Source of the DNA: Octopus bimaculoides
Taxonomy: Eukaryota
Assembly (NCBI RefSeq): GCF_001194135.2
Contig: NC_068987.1
Span: 79,632,066-79,696,065 of the forward strand
Direction: 5' to 3'
Length of the DNA: 64,000 bases
Positions 49,123 to 63,370 of this stretch are shown in pieces. The first letter of the stretch is position 1, and each line of letters opens with the position of its first letter. Under the pieces are notes generated by a model. The model did no database searches. It saw nothing but the letters and a program-made list of their open reading frames with translations, and was not told the DNA's origin. A program made the translations under genes and the position numbers.

Positions 49123-49978
49123 CCCTGTATAAACTATACAAACAAAAACTATTTAAACAAATTAAAAACAGTGGTATGATTACAATTGAAATTGTTGTAG
49201 AAAGCTACACCCAATCTCTTGCACGTGCTTATCTGTTGTTGTTGATGCTCGTGGTGGTGGTGGTGGTGGTACTCTTTTCTTGTTTTTCTTTTTTCTTTTG
49301 CATTGTATTATATACGTATATTTTTTGTCGGAGCTTGCGTGCCTGGGTCTCGGTGCTTTATGAAGGTTGAGACATCAAAAAAAAAAAAAAAAAAAAAANN
49401 NNNNNNNNNNNNNNNNNNNNNNNNNNNNNNNNNNNNNNNNNNNNNNNNNNNNNNNNNNNNNNNNNNNNNNNNNNNNNNNNNNNNNNNNNNNNNNNNNNNN
49501 NNNNNNNNNNNNNNNNNNNNNNNNNNNNNNNNNNNNNNNNNNNNNNNNNNNNNNNNNNNNNNNNNNNNNNNNNNNNNNNNNNNNNNNNNNNNNNNNNNNN
49601 NNNNNNNNNNNNNNNNNNNNNNNNNNNNNNNNNNNNNNNNNNNNNNNNNNNNNNNNNNNNNNNNNNNNNNNNNNNNNNNNNNNNNNNNNNNNNNNNNNNN
49701 NNNNNNNNNNNNNNNNNNNNNNNNNNNNNNNNNNNNNNNNNNNNNNNNNNNNNNNNNNNNNNNNNNNNNNNNNNNNNNNNNNNNNNNNNNNNNNNNNNNN
49801 NNNNNNNNNNNNNNNNNNNNNNNNNNNNNNNNNNNNNNNNNNNNNNNNNNNNNNNNNNNNNNNNNNNNNNNNNNNNNNNNNNNNNNNNNNNNNNNNNNNN
49901 NNNNNNNNNNNNNNNNNNNNNNNNNNNNNNNNNNNNNNNNNNNNNNNNNNNNNNNNNNNNNNNNNNNNNNNNNNNNNN

Positions 49979-50010
<32 letters not shown>

Positions 50011-50920
50011 AAAGTTTAGAACTGTAGAAAGAGGAATCTACATGGAAAACTAAAACAAAGAAAGAAGGAAGGAAACAGCTACAAAAAAAAACAAAAATAC
50101 AAAGATCATAGAAAAGAAAGAAAATAAAAAATAAATAGAAAGGACGAGAGTGAAGAAAAAAGAGGAGAAAAAAGGACAAAGAAGAAAAGAAGGAAAGAAG
50201 GTAGAAAGTGGGTGGGGAATAGAAAAGAAGAATAAAGCAAAGGTGGGTAATCTGGTGGAATAATTGTTTTTGAGCCATTGTAGAGGGGGTGGAGAGGAAG
50301 AATTAAAAAGAAAAATAACGGGAGTGGTGGGGAGAGTGGGGTAACTAAAAAAAATGGATGAGGTCAGAGCGATACGGTAAGGCGACGAGGCACGAGGTAA
50401 GACATAGGGTAGCTGATAGACCACCACCACTACCACCACAACCACAACCACAATAATAATAATCTTCGTCGCTGTTGTCATCATCAGCATCAACATCATC
50501 TTCATCATCATCATCATCGTCATCATCATCATTATGACCATCACCAACCTTAACATCGTCATCATCATCATTATCGTCATAATCTACCAGGTAATATCGT
50601 CAAATTTCAATACCATTTTCTTATCTTTATCTCATATCTCTTCAATCTTTTTCTTTATAATTTGTCTTCTTTTCACCTTTTTGGTCATTCTTCCTTCATT
50701 TCTTTCTGTCTTTCTTTTTATCTTTCTTTCTTTCTCTTCTCTTTCGCCTCCACCCTTTCACACGATTTATCTTTCTAACGAATCTCGCCATCCGTCCCTG
50801 CATACTATTTGCCACCAACAGCCCCCCCCCACTCCAATGATACAGTTCTTTGTCTCAACAACTATTTTAGACCACCTCACTCTCTTCTACATGCATATAT
50901 TTTCGCTTTCAACTCACCGT

Positions 50921-50973
<53 letters not shown>

Positions 50974-51749
50974 AAAAACACGCACTCACACACGGACACG
51001 CCTAAACAAACAACAACATATATAGGTCTACGTGCATGTTCATACATACTTATATATATATATACGTACATATATATGTATATACAAGGACACACACACA
51101 CACACATATATATATGCATGTGTATGTGCGTATGTATGTATGTATGTATTTATGTATGTATGTATGTATGTATGTGTGTGTGTATGTATGTATGCGAGTA
51201 CGCGCAGAGAGCGGAGGAAGAAGAAAAAAAAACCTCGCTAAAGAATGTACAAAAGCAGACATACATAGGATATAATTAGCGCACACATAATTCCACACGC
51301 ATGTAATTACTAGCACCTTTCTTAAACATCTATATATATAATTAGTAGCGTTGCATGCACGCTGAGCTGCATTCTCACACATACCCTTATGAAAAAAATC
51401 TATATACATGCACACCCACAGACAATTGAATACGTATGATATATATATACATACATGCATACATATGTATATATATATATATATATATATGTATATACAT
51501 ATACATGCAAAATACGGACATGTACACATACATATTAATACTTGTATGTGTATACACATACATAAACGTAAATGTGTGTGTGTATGTATATATATGTATA
51601 TGTATATATGTGTGGATGTGTGTGTCTATATGTATATATATATATGTGTGTGTCTGTGTGTGTGTGTGTATGTATATATGTATATATATGCATAGGCATA
51701 CTTACAGACAGACATACATAAATACGTACTACTAATAAACATATATATG

Positions 51750-51788
<39 letters not shown>

Positions 51789-51911
51789 GTGTGTCTGTTT
51801 GTGTGTGTGCATGTATGTATGTATAAAGTCTGCATATACACATATACGGATTTTCATAAGCATACAAACAAATACATGTACATATATATATATATATATA
51901 TACATCCACAT

Positions 51912-51957
<46 letters not shown>

Positions 51958-52435
51958 ACACACACTTACACGCACACACACACACGGAAACAGTGATCAC
52001 CACATATCTACCTACCTGCCTATTATAGTTTCCACTGACTCATTCATTTATGAGAATTAAAGAATTCTCGTGACAGAATTTATATATTCTTTCATGCTTC
52101 TTTGATATTAAATATAGAACTGAGAACAGAGTATGCAAAAAAAAAACAAAATTAAAACAACAGAAAATTGATAAAAAAAATATAACAAAACCATTTAAAA
52201 AAAAACGTATCTCAGAATACACATGGAAAAAAATTGACAAGTCTACAACCTTGGTAATAAAATATAACACTTTCTGGAACTTTGTAGACCTCTCTCGTCT
52301 TATATTCCTATAATCAGCAGACGGAGTTTTTGTTTTTTATTTCATGATACTAATAGAATATTTTCGTTTATTGTGAAATCCATTATTATTACGCTAGTTA
52401 GTAAAACCTGTGCAGGGGTAACTATAGTCACTCAA

Positions 52436-52503
<68 letters not shown>

Positions 52504-52881
52504 NNNNNNNNNNNNNNNNNNNNNNNNNNNNNNNNNNNNNNNNNNNNNNNNNNNNNNNNNNNNNNNNNNNNNNNNNNNNNNNNNNNNNNNNNNNNNNNNN
52601 NNNNNNNNNNNNNNNNNNNNNNNNNNNNNNNNNNNNNNNNNNNNNNNNNNNNNNNNNNNNNNNNNNNNNNNNNNNNNNNNNNNNNNNNNNNNNNNNNNNN
52701 NNNNNNNNNNNNNNNNNNNNNNNNNNNNNNNNNNNNNNNNNNNNNNNNNNNNNNNNNNNNNNNNNNNNNNNNNNNNNNNNNNNNNNNNNNNNNNNNNNNN
52801 NNNNNNNNNNNNNNNNNNNNNNNNNNNNNNNNNNNNNNNNNNNNNNNNNNNNNNNNNNNNNNNNNNNNNNNNNNNNNNNNN

Positions 52882-52915
<34 letters not shown>

Positions 52916-53120
52916 GAGTGATTGGGTACCTAAGTTGAGGCACCAGAATTTAGTACAGTATTATCCATACAGTTTCAAAATAAGGTGATTAAAATCAAAA
53001 TAAGCAACAGGATATCCATAGATAATGCAGTACGATCGTTTCCAGCGACTCCATTTAATTGAACAATGCAACCATTACATCAATTTAAATGCAGAGCAGT
53101 CCTCAGTTGCATATATATAT

Positions 53121-53320
53121 AAGGCGAACTGGCAGAAACGTTAACACGCCGGATAAAATGCTTAGTGAACTTCATTTTTTTTCCGGTTTTATGTTCTAAG
53201 TTTAAATTCCGGGATCTACTTTACGTTTCTTCCTCTGAAAGGCCATATAATAATTACCAGTAGAGTACTGGGGTCGATGTATCGATTTACCCCTAACTCT
53301 CAATTTGCTAGCCAAAATGT
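53121..53320 (+). mobile_element. SINE family C
   Basis: AAGGCGAACTGGCAGAAACGTTAACACGCCGGATAAAATGCTTAG...GTACTGGGGTCGATG. Confidence 0.8.
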
Positions 53321-53331
53321 GGAAATGACGT

Positions 53332-53368
<37 letters not shown>

Positions 53369-53649
53369 NNNNNNNNNNNNNNNNNNNNNNNNNNNNNNNN
53401 NNNNNNNNNNNNNNNNNNNNNNNNNNNNNNNNNNNNNNNNNNNNNNNNNNNNNNNNNNNNNNNNNNNNNNNNNNNNNNNNNNNNNNNNNNNNNNNNNNNN
53501 NNNNNNNNNNNNNNNNNNNNNNNNNNNNNNNNNNNNNNNNNNNNNNNNNNNNNNNNNNNNNNNNNNNNNNNNNNNNNNNNNNNNNNNNNNNNNNNNNNNN
53601 NNNNNNNNNNNNNNNNNNNNNNNNNNNNNNNNNNNNNNNNNNNNNNNNN

Positions 53650-54106
53650 CATCGATACCTGCGTGCCATCAGAAAAGTTCGCAAACTGGGTCAATGGGTT
53701 TCTCACAAACTTTCTGAGTCTAACCGCGCGCAGAGAGTGAATATGTGCTCTTTTTTTGCTGTCACGTCTCACGAATGAAACTTTTTTGGAGCCGAAAGCT
53801 GACTGGTGACGAGAAATAAGTTCTCTATAAAAATGTCAAACGTCGAAGACAGTGGGTAAGGAAAGGAGAAACACCAGCACCCACGTAAGGTGTTGCTATT
53901 TGTTCGGTGGGTCCCCATCCACCATATTCGTCGGACATTACCCCATCTGATTATCATTTATTCCGCAGTCTTCAAAATCATTTGGACAGAAAAGATATGA
54001 ATTTTGTAGACGAGGTAAGAACAGTAATGGAAGAGTAATTTTCGTTACGGACAACTGAACTTTGGAAGAGGGGCCTTGCAAGTCTACCAGACAGATGGAA
54101 AAGAAA
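53650..54106 (+). mobile_element. mariner (DD34D-type) transposase remnant with internal deletion
   Basis: Translation HRYLRAIRKVRKLGQWVSHKLSESNRAQRVNMCSFLL..TGDEK*VLYKNVKRRRQW..HPRKVLL.VRW / HPPYSSDITPSDYHLFRSLQNHLD..DEV..GLASLPDRWKRI, i.e. WVPH-like, TGDEKW-like and YSPDLAP-like motifs. The region between 'W' and 'HPPYS' is deleted. Confidence 0.92.
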
Positions 54107-55029
54107 TATATCTAGCCATTTTTCTCACTTGCTAACAATTCTGCCAGCTCACCGTCTGATAACACAGTTTCTACTTAATAATTTAGAAACCAGTTTTCCT
54201 TCATATCTTGTGGGGCGAATTATGACAAATTGGTTTATATATGTATGTACATATGAATGTTTGTATGTATGTATATATATATATATATATATNNNNNNNN
54301 NNNNNNNNNNNNNNNNNNNNNNNNNNNNNNNNNNNNNNNNNNNNNNNNNNNNNNNNNNNNNNNNNNNNNNNNNNNNNNNNNNNNNNNNNNNNNNNNNNNN
54401 NNNNNNNNNNNNNNNNNNNNNNNNNNNNNNNNNNNNNNNNNNNNNNNNNNNNNNNNNNNNNNNNNNNNNNNNNNNNNNNNNNNNNNNNNNNNNNNNNNNN
54501 NNNNNNNNNNNNNNNNNNNNNNNNNNNNNNNNNNNNNNNNNNNNNNNNNNNNNNNNNNNNNNNNNNNNNNNNNNNNNNNNNNNNNNNNNNNNNNNNNNNN
54601 NNNNNNNNNNNNNNNNNNNNNNNNNNNNNNNNNNNNNNNNNNNNNNNNNNNNNNNNNNNNNNNNNNNNNNNNNNNNNNNNNNNNNNNNNNNNNNNNNNNN
54701 NNNNNNNNNNNNNNNNNNNNNNNNNNNNNNNNNNNNNNNNNNNNNNNNNNNNNNNNNNNNNNNNNNNNNNNNNNNNNNNNNNNNNNNNNNNNNNNNNNNN
54801 NNNNNNNNNNNNNNNNNNNNNNNNNNNNNNNNNNNNNNNNNNNNNNNNNNNNNNNNNNNNNNNNNNNNNNNNNNNNNNNNNNNNNNNNNNNNNNNNNNNN
54901 NNNNNNNNNNNNNNNNNNNNNNNNNNNNNNNNNNNNNNNNNNNNNNNNNNNNNNNNNNNNNNNNNNNNNNNNNNNNNNNNNNNNNNNNNNNNNNNNNNNN
55001 NNNNNNNNNNNNNNNNNNNNNNNNNNNNN

Positions 55030-55182
55030 ATGGGTTTGTGGTTAAGAAGCTCCTTTGAAATCACGTGGTTCCAGGTTCAGTCTCGCTGTACAACAACTTG
55101 GGAAATTGTCTTCAGCTGTAGCCCCGAGCAAGTGAATTTGGAAGTGAATTTCGTAAAGGAAATCTGTGTGAAAATCTGTCGA

Positions 55183-55229
<47 letters not shown>

Positions 55230-55415
55230 TGTGTGTATTAATGTGTGTATGTATGTATTTATGTGTATATGTATGAATGTGTGTATGTGAATATGTGTAT
55301 GTTTATAAGTATACGTATGTGCGTGTGTGTGTGTATCGTGTGTGTGTGTGCGTGTGTGTCCGTGTGTCTTCGCGACTGTATTTGTCCATTCATCACTGAA
55401 ACAAGAAATGTAGAG
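55030..55415 (+). mobile_element. SINE family A, diverged with truncated tail
   Basis: GTGGTTAAGAAGCTC...CACGTGGTTCCAGGTTCAGTC...CTTGGGAAATTGTCTTC, (TG)n linker, CACTGAAACAAG tail remnant. Confidence 0.65.
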
Positions 55416-55493
55416 TTTGAACAGTAATATGTAGTGAATGTGGAAGATGGATATGTTATTATACACCATTCAAGCCAAAATTTTCCTTTACAA

Positions 55494-55790
55494 CAGAGAT
55501 TCTCAAACTTTTTGCCCCCCCCTCTCATGGCCACATAATACCCTCAGCGTCCCCAGCCCTATTTTAGATTTTATTAATATATGTATGCTATGAATCATTT
55601 GATATTTAATATAATATATAATTTGTATACAATAATATAACAATATCATAATAAATTCATAGCGTTCTCCAATCCACTGCCCTCTCCCAACGCCTCCTTT
55701 TATCTCTATCACCTCCCTTAGGCACCTCTGCCCACCTGGACCGCCTCAACGCCCACTGGGGGGCGGTAGCACCCACTTTGAGAACCTACA
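55494..55790. mobile_element. hAT/Charlie-type MITE (~300 bp)
   Basis: TIR-like ends CAGAGATTCTCAAACTTT ... CACTTTGAGAACC, with GC-rich subterminal regions around an AT-rich middle. Confidence 0.65.
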
Positions 55791-56513
55791 CATTAGAACA
55801 ATCAGTTTCTATGGCAGTAGTATATTAGAATAGTTAGGCAGGAGTCGGGGAACTTTTATAACCAATTACGCCAAAATATATTTATTAATGCTGACGTTAC
55901 CCCACTTTATTTGAAAAGAAGAAAATCATAAATTCTTTGAATTCAAGTTTTAGTGAATCTATTTGGAGAATGCAATTATAAATATAAAAGTATAAAACAA
56001 ATGCGATTAAATAAATCAATATCCTCATTAGAAGACAAAAGAACTTTTCTAGAAACGTTTTCACTTCAGGTTTTGGAGAAATGACGTTGTTTCATTTTTG
56101 AAACAATTACATCAAAATTAGGGCATTTTGATACCAGAACAATTTGGATGCAGTATTAGGGGCCCAATCCATTACTGTGCTTTGGTTTTATGTTCACTAG
56201 AGTGGAAAAGCCTTGTTTGCAAAGTTAGGTTGCTGCAATAGGCAGGAACTTTTTCATCAATTCCTCATTACCCCCAAGAATTTAATTTTTAATCCACTTG
56301 GAGTAATTTACCTTCGTTCGCAGACCCCTGATTTAGAGTGTCATCCAAATTGCCTTTGTCGTATTTCCGCTATTTTCGTTCTGGTTTCATATACCGCAGA
56401 AGTTTGCCGTTTGTCTCTCCAATCGATTGAATAATATCAACCACAGGATTACGAAAGAATCAACTAGTCCCCCTTCTCAATACTGATGACTTTGTAAGCA
56501 AATTAGAAGCAAA

Positions 56514-56690
56514 GGAGACGCGGGCTGGCAGAATTGTTTAACCGTCTCATAAATTCCTCGAAGCCATTGTTCTGGTGCTTTTACATTGAATTAAATACTT
56601 CCGGCGTTCACTTTGATTTTCATTTTCCCGAGATCGATCAAATCAAGTAAGTTTTGAGTACTGGGATCGAATTAATCGATTAATATCTTC
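56514..56690 (+). mobile_element. SINE family C, diverged
   Basis: GGGCTGGCAGAATTGTTTA...TTCCCGAGATCGATCAAATCAAGTA...GTACTGGGATCGAA. Confidence 0.65.
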
Positions 56691-56879
56691 ACCCGACTTT
56701 GTTGTGGTTTGGCCTGTGTTAGAATCATTTATTATAATCAATATATTAATGGATTACGTGATAACGTGTTCGACCGGGCAGACGGATGTTGCTACATTTT
56801 GCACCGTTTCACTTTTCGAATGATACCATCCCGCTGGCTAGTTGAGCAGGCCAACGTACCAACCCACCGTACTGAAAGG

Positions 56880-56960
56880 CTAATCCGCCGCAGGGTGACA
56901 CTTTTACAGCTGAGTAGACTGGAGCAAAATGTTTTGCTCAAGAACATAACACGCCGCTCG
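56880..56960 (-). mobile_element. SINE family B central box fragment
   Basis: Reverse complement GCGTGTTATGTTCTTGAGCAAAACATTTTGCTCCAGTCTACTCAGCTGTAAAA. Confidence 0.65.
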
Positions 56961-57034
56961 CTCGAGACAACGAAGCTATGATATATCGATCGTTAGTGCA
57001 CGTACCGTCACATACTGGTTTCAAATTTTAAAAA

Positions 57035-57135
57035 GAATGGAAGACAAAGTCGACCTCAGTGGCATTTGAACTCAGAAAGTAAAGACAGACAAAATGCCTC
57101 TAAGCGGTTTGCCCGGCGTGCTAACAACCCTGCCT
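57035..57135 (-). mobile_element. SINE family C 5' half
   Basis: AAAGTCGACCTCAGTGGCATTTGAACTCAGAA...GCCCGGCGTGCTAAC. Confidence 0.8.
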
Positions 57136-57901
57136 TCAAGCAGCTTCACATATTAATGAATAACTCCTGTTAATAGACCTAAATGAGTTGGTTCATGGTT
57201 GACACACTAGTCTACTACAAAATACGTATCAGTGAATGAATATCATTCTCTTTTTTTTTCTGTAATTCTTTGTATCAGATGCCTTCAGAGAATAGCGCAA
57301 TCTCATTGCTATTGCCTGATTATCTTCCATTTTCAACAGTATTCATGTCTTTATATCGTAGTAACTCTATGGTTACATCTGTCTTCGGCAGGAAATTTTC
57401 TAATACGTTTGAGGATTGATGATAGAGCAGCTACAAAGTATCATAGGTGATTAATTATATCAAACTTTTGGGGCTCACTCACCATAACGAGTTAAGTTAT
57501 CGTTTACGCTCAACAGACTTTGCTACTGTCTGTTAGGCTTGTTATCAATTTTTGAAATCTTCAGATATGCATGATCTACTTCATTCGATTTTATACTAAA
57601 GAATATTTCAGAATTATATCTTTCCAGACTTTGTTTAATGTCTTGAAGAAAATAAAATTAAGGTTCGTATGTGGGCCAACGTGATATCTGATTAAGTACA
57701 ATGGTTCAGCTGACAGTATCTGGAGCTCGCAGCGCAGTTTCAATTCTTCTATCTAACAATCCAAATATCATGCTATTGATCCTGTTCCGCTAAACATTTT
57801 AACGCTCACACTTAGAAAAAATGTTGGTGCTCATATCTTCCGAGCATAAAGGTGTGTATATGTGTGTATATGTGTGTATATATGTGTGTATGTATCTATT
57901 T

Positions 57902-58160
57902 GAAGGCGCATAGCTTAGTGGTTATAGTGTTGTATTTATGATCTGAGATATTGGTTTCAGTTACTGGACAGAGAGGTGAGTTCTGTTCTTGAGTAAAATG
58001 CAACTATCTCACGTTGCTCTGTGATTGATTCGATACCTGACGTGTGATACGACATGCACCAGTTCACGCAACATCGATGTGATGGAGGGAGTGAGCTAAA
58101 GTACAGCACAAGCATTTGATCGCTACAAATCAAATCATTTGTGCAGATTGTTCAGCAAGA
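57902..58160 (+). mobile_element. SINE with family-B head and a third type of 3' module
   Basis: GAAGGCGCATAGCTTAGTGGTTATAG...TGTTCTTGAGTAAAATGC...TCACGTTGCTCTGTG, then a tail unrelated to the 36605 or 5107 tails. Confidence 0.7.
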
Positions 58161-58800
58161 ATTTGCAAAACCCTCTTTCTCGGACTACGAAGGCGCGCGC
58201 ATGTGTGTATGGGTGTGTATGTGCTTATCTCTGTTCAGCCTTTTGCTCCGTAATCATGAAATCTCGTTTACAAATCTACACTTTATGTGCTTTCTTCTGT
58301 TGTAAACCTTCGACCAATTGACAACAAGTAGGTCGATAAAAACTGCCCATAAGCCCTCGACCGGACTCCATCTTCTTTTCAAAGAATCAACCCATTTACG
58401 CCATGTTACCATGTTATTTTGTCCGATGATAACATCACAAATACAACTGATAATACCTTGATAGTTACGTGGATTGAAAACCATTTGAATATACGTAGGA
58501 AATTTGAAGTGTGCTCTGAACTGATTAAGTTAAGATATAGCGGCAACACAATGTACTATTTCTTTATTAGATTCGGGTTTAAAAAGTATTTGAAATGGAT
58601 TTTTTTTTCTTTATAGCTTTTATCAAAGAGAAATTACAAGATGATATATATTTAGCATGAAGATTGATATAAAAAAAAAAAATTAAATAAACAGTCTCCT
58701 TCCTTGTCAGAACACAGCACATATTTTATTTTGGTTTGTTGGCATGTACTTATTTAACACTCATAAATTAGTGATGAAAACTATAGAACATATGTATATA

Positions 58801-58840
<40 letters not shown>

Positions 58841-59189
58841 NNNNNNNNNNNNNNNNNNNNNNNNNNNNNNNNNNNNNNNNNNNNNNNNNNNNNNNNNNNN
58901 NNNNNNNNNNNNNNNNNNNNNNNNNNNNNNNNNNNNNNNNNNNNNNNNNNNNNNNNNNNNNNNNNNNNNNNNNNNNNNNNNNNNNNNNNNNNNNNNNNNN
59001 NNNNNNNNNNNNNNNNNNNNNNNNNNNNNNNNNNNNNNNNNNNNNNNNNNNNNNNNNNNNNNNNNNNNNNNNNNNNNNNNNNNNNNNNNNNNNNNNNNNN
59101 NNNNNNNNNNNNNCCATGTGGAAATAAATATATAGAAATGTGTGTGCATGTGTATGTGTGTGTGTGAGTGAGTGTGTGTGTGTGTGTGT

Positions 59190-59233
<44 letters not shown>

Positions 59234-59666
59234 ATTTGCGTAGATACGGCTTAACTAATAAATAAATCCTCATGCGTATAGCTTCGGAGGCACGCACAAA
59301 TGAGAAATAACCACACGAGGAAAGCGTTCAATTAAAAACACATAAAAATTTTTCAATTATACACAGAAGAGATAAATAAATTTAAACATAAACATATACA
59401 CACTCTAACAGATGAATACACTGACGCATTCTCATGCACACATAGATACACATACAACATTCACACATATATTTGCATAAATATACGCAAATTTATACAA
59501 ATATACTCACTTACATATATTTACATGCACCCAAGGTTATTTGAATTGATACCTATACACACATATTTTTGCAAACACAAATGGTATTGCCATATTTAAA
59601 TATTCGCTAATAGTGTATATCTAATACGTTTTTCCCCTTTTTTCAGTAATTCAATGTTCCTGACAT

Positions 59667-59709
<43 letters not shown>

Positions 59710-62700
59710 NNNNNNNNNNNNNNNNNNNNNNNNNNNNNNNNNNNNNNNNNNNNNNNNNNNNNNNNNNNNNNNNNNNNNNNNNNNNNNNNNNNNNNNNNNN
59801 NNNNNNNNNNNNNNNNNNNNNNNNNNNNNNNNNNNNNNNNNNNNNNNNNNNNNNNNNNNNNNNNNNNNNNNNNNNNNNNNNNNNNNNNNNNNNNNNNNNN
59901 NGTATTTGTGTGTTTTCTAAGCACTAAAAAGAATACAAGCAAAGTATAAATTCAATTTCGATATTAAACATATTAGAAATTATTTTTGGCAATTTGCAAA
60001 CGAAACAGCGTGAGCAAATTATTGGAAATTTGCTAAATGTATAATTCTGTTGTATTTTTAAAAAATTTTTTTAGAAAATATTTTTAACTGAATCGGAAGT
60101 TAAAAGCAATGCTATGATAATAAATATAAGATGTATGTTTATGTATTTCTCGCTTTAGCTGTATATATTTGTACTTGTAGTCTCTTATGCATAAAGATAA
60201 CTTCAAATGTATATACAAATATGTGTGCTAGAGTTATTTGTGCATACATGTATATATATGTGAGTTTGTATTTGTGTATGTGAGTGTGTATGTGTGTGTG
60301 TATACATAGCAATATATTTATATATACATAATACATATATATATATACACACACATATATATATATATGTACGCATGAATTTAGGGTTATCTTCGTGTAA
60401 ATATAACTAAGTTTATGTGTCACAAACCTAAAATATATGCATATGCATTTACATTTGCATATGTATATGTATGTATATATACATACATACATATATATAT
60501 ATATATACATATATATATATTTTTTTCATATGCACAAACACACACAGACGCGCACACGCACACACGCAATACATATATATTTATGTGTGCATGTGTATAT
60601 GTATGTATACATATATATCTGCGTGTGCATATACATATATGTGTGTGCAGGATAATATTATACCTCATAATCTAGTTAGACAATAAAACTAAGTATATTA
60701 TCAGAGTGTTTTTGGTCAGGATGTGAACATTAATATTTGTGGTGTCGTCCCTCTTAAGGCTGCATTCCTCATATACGGAGAGAATACGCTATATATATTA
60801 GAATGTCGAAGATACATGTATGTACTTTGAAAAATATTTACTTAAAAGAGACATGTAGTATGTACATATTTCATCTCAATTCCGTACTGTTATGGCAATT
60901 AGTATGTATATGATACACATTGTTTATTGTACAGAGTTACAGATATGCCAGCGGATATAGCAACTAGCCGAATACATAATTTTTATAAATTTAAATCTAC
61001 GAGTTCTTTCCCTTGTTTCGCTTTATTGTTTATTGATTTTCATTTCGGAAATTTCAGTGATTTTATTTTTCTTACCTCACTGCATTAAATGTAATTTTCA
61101 GCACCTTTTCATTCAGAAACATCTTTTGATAAGATCAACAGGCTAAGACACCTGCACCTTCAAATGAGTTTGCAACATCCACTGAAAATTCCAGCTATTT
61201 GTCTCCTCTGCAAGTGCTCAACATTAGTGAAGTTCTGAGCATTAATATTGATATTTCCGTTTGTTGAGGATTTCTTTTCAAATTTGTACTATTCAAAATA
61301 TTTCCCACATTGCATTTTCATATCGCAGTATCTTACATTGCTACATCAGAGCTAGAGAAGATTTCCCCGGCTTAAATGAGTGTCCACTGATCCACTGGTA
61401 GGAAGCTTGATATCAGAACACATGTCTATGCATAGGACGAAAGATATCTTATAAAGTCCAAAAGGTAGGGAAAAAACGGTGAGACACGGGAAAACTGGTG
61501 CACATTAATTGTGACATTTTGATACAAGAGTTGAACTTCAGGATTGCTATGCAAAATGGGAACATTAAGCAGTCGTTCATACACCGTCTCCAGACCAAGA
61601 AATACTATAAATACATAGACCTGTCCTTCTCCTCATTATCTTTGTTACCAACCCGGAAGCATGAATAACATCGGCTGCTGCACTTTCTTAAAGGGATCTA
61701 TATTGGCAGTGTATCATGGGGATAATTTTATGTAATCTGGCATGCTGGATATGGAGGTGGTTCATGCACTCACTGACATCAACAACAATCTTTCTGCTTG
61801 GTATTGTGATACTGATCACCCAAACCAACGCTACTTTGCAATCTGTGGTAATTAATTGAAGAGTCACATGAAATACTGTTTCACAATTTATAGCTAGTTT
61901 CCTAATATCTGAAGTAATTTCCTCTACACAGAAAATCTTGCATATGTTTCGTTTCTCTGGCGTTGGCTTCTTTGTCTTCTGTTGTACTGGAGATTGCACG
62001 GTGATTGGCTCAAGACTTGGTGAGAGAACTCTTCATAATATACAATTGAGAAGCTTTCACTTGAATGGCAGAATGACGAGCGGATCAGAAATAAGCCGAA
62101 TATCATTACCCTTGCTGCTCATAATCTGGCCCGGATCTATAACCGATCAATAGTATTCAAAGGTTCAGTGACATATTTTATTGATTACCATTCCATAAAT
62201 GTAATCAATTATTCGTATAGGACATCATAAAAAAGTTAGTCCGTTTTAAAGTGATACTGAATTCATATCATGGATGCTACTATTTGGATCTCGTAAACCA
62301 CATGAATTCTCCTTTCATGAGAACACTTTGCTGATGAACCGCCTTTAAGCTACTTTCTCTCCAGCGTCTTGGCGACGAAATCTCAAATTTGGTCAACAAT
62401 GTTATTCAACAACTGTTCTCTTACTGTTTAGCACTGATATCGAGAGCACCGATGCAAATCACTTGATCGTCTCCGCATTCATTAGTCTTTCGTCGTCTGA
62501 TCGTTCAAAACCATTCATGCATGTTCAGAGAAGCAGTCAAGAACAAAGACTGAACCTGAGAAGAGTATGGAGGATTCTCTTTGGTGAATGAGGAACGGAA
62601 CCTAACAGAACCACTTTCATATAAAGCGGTCAGTTTTAACTCTTGCTGAAGCAGCTCTAAGTAGTCGATCTGAGCCGAGATCTTACAACGGATGTTTTTA

Positions 62701-62973
62701 TACAAAATATTGGAGATAAGCAGGTCATGAAGTGCAAAACTGACTAGGTTGTAGCTATTTCCATACTTCCCATTTTTATAACTCCGCACCAAGGAATTGA
62801 TCACGGACGTCATTCGCTGCGTCTACCTCTCAAGATGTCGAATATAAGAAGAAAGCTACCTTGGCACGTATTCCAAATCATATGGAACTGGGTTAAATTG
62901 CTATCGTGAGTGTGTATTTGTGTGTGTGTGTGTGTGTGTGTGTGCATGTGTATCTGTATATATACATGTATGT

Positions 62974-63034
<61 letters not shown>

Positions 63035-63159
63035 TACACACACGCTCACTCCCACAAACACACACACGCATATACATTCATACATACACTGGTGCTTATA
63101 CATGCTTTTAATCTTTTAGCTTCTGTATAAATACTTATGCGTATGTGTGTGTCTTTTGT

Positions 63160-63370
63160 GTTTATGTGTCCCCCTTGCCACCGCTACAAGACCGGTGTTT
63201 GTTTGTTTACGTTTCCGTATCTTATCGGTTCGGGCAAAGAGATTGAAAGAATGAGTACCAGACTTCAAAAACAATAAGGATTGGGATGGATTTGTTTGAC
63301 TAAAGTCCTCCAAATTTGTTCCCCAGTTTGATCGCCGTCCAATGATTGAAGCAAGCAAAAGATAAAAGAT
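63160..63370 (+). mobile_element. SINE family A 3' half
   Basis: CTACAAGACCGGTGTTTG...CGGTTCGGGCAAAGAG...GAATGAGTACCAGAC...AATGATTGAAGCAAGCAAAAGATAAAAG. Confidence 0.7.

Noticed and set aside
61100-62850. Higher-complexity stretch that looks like decayed coding DNA (EPLSYK / EPRSYN resemble copia 'EP.SY.EA')
   Set aside because: No frame sustains a recognisable motif; it would need tBLASTx/HMMER against TE proteins to call.
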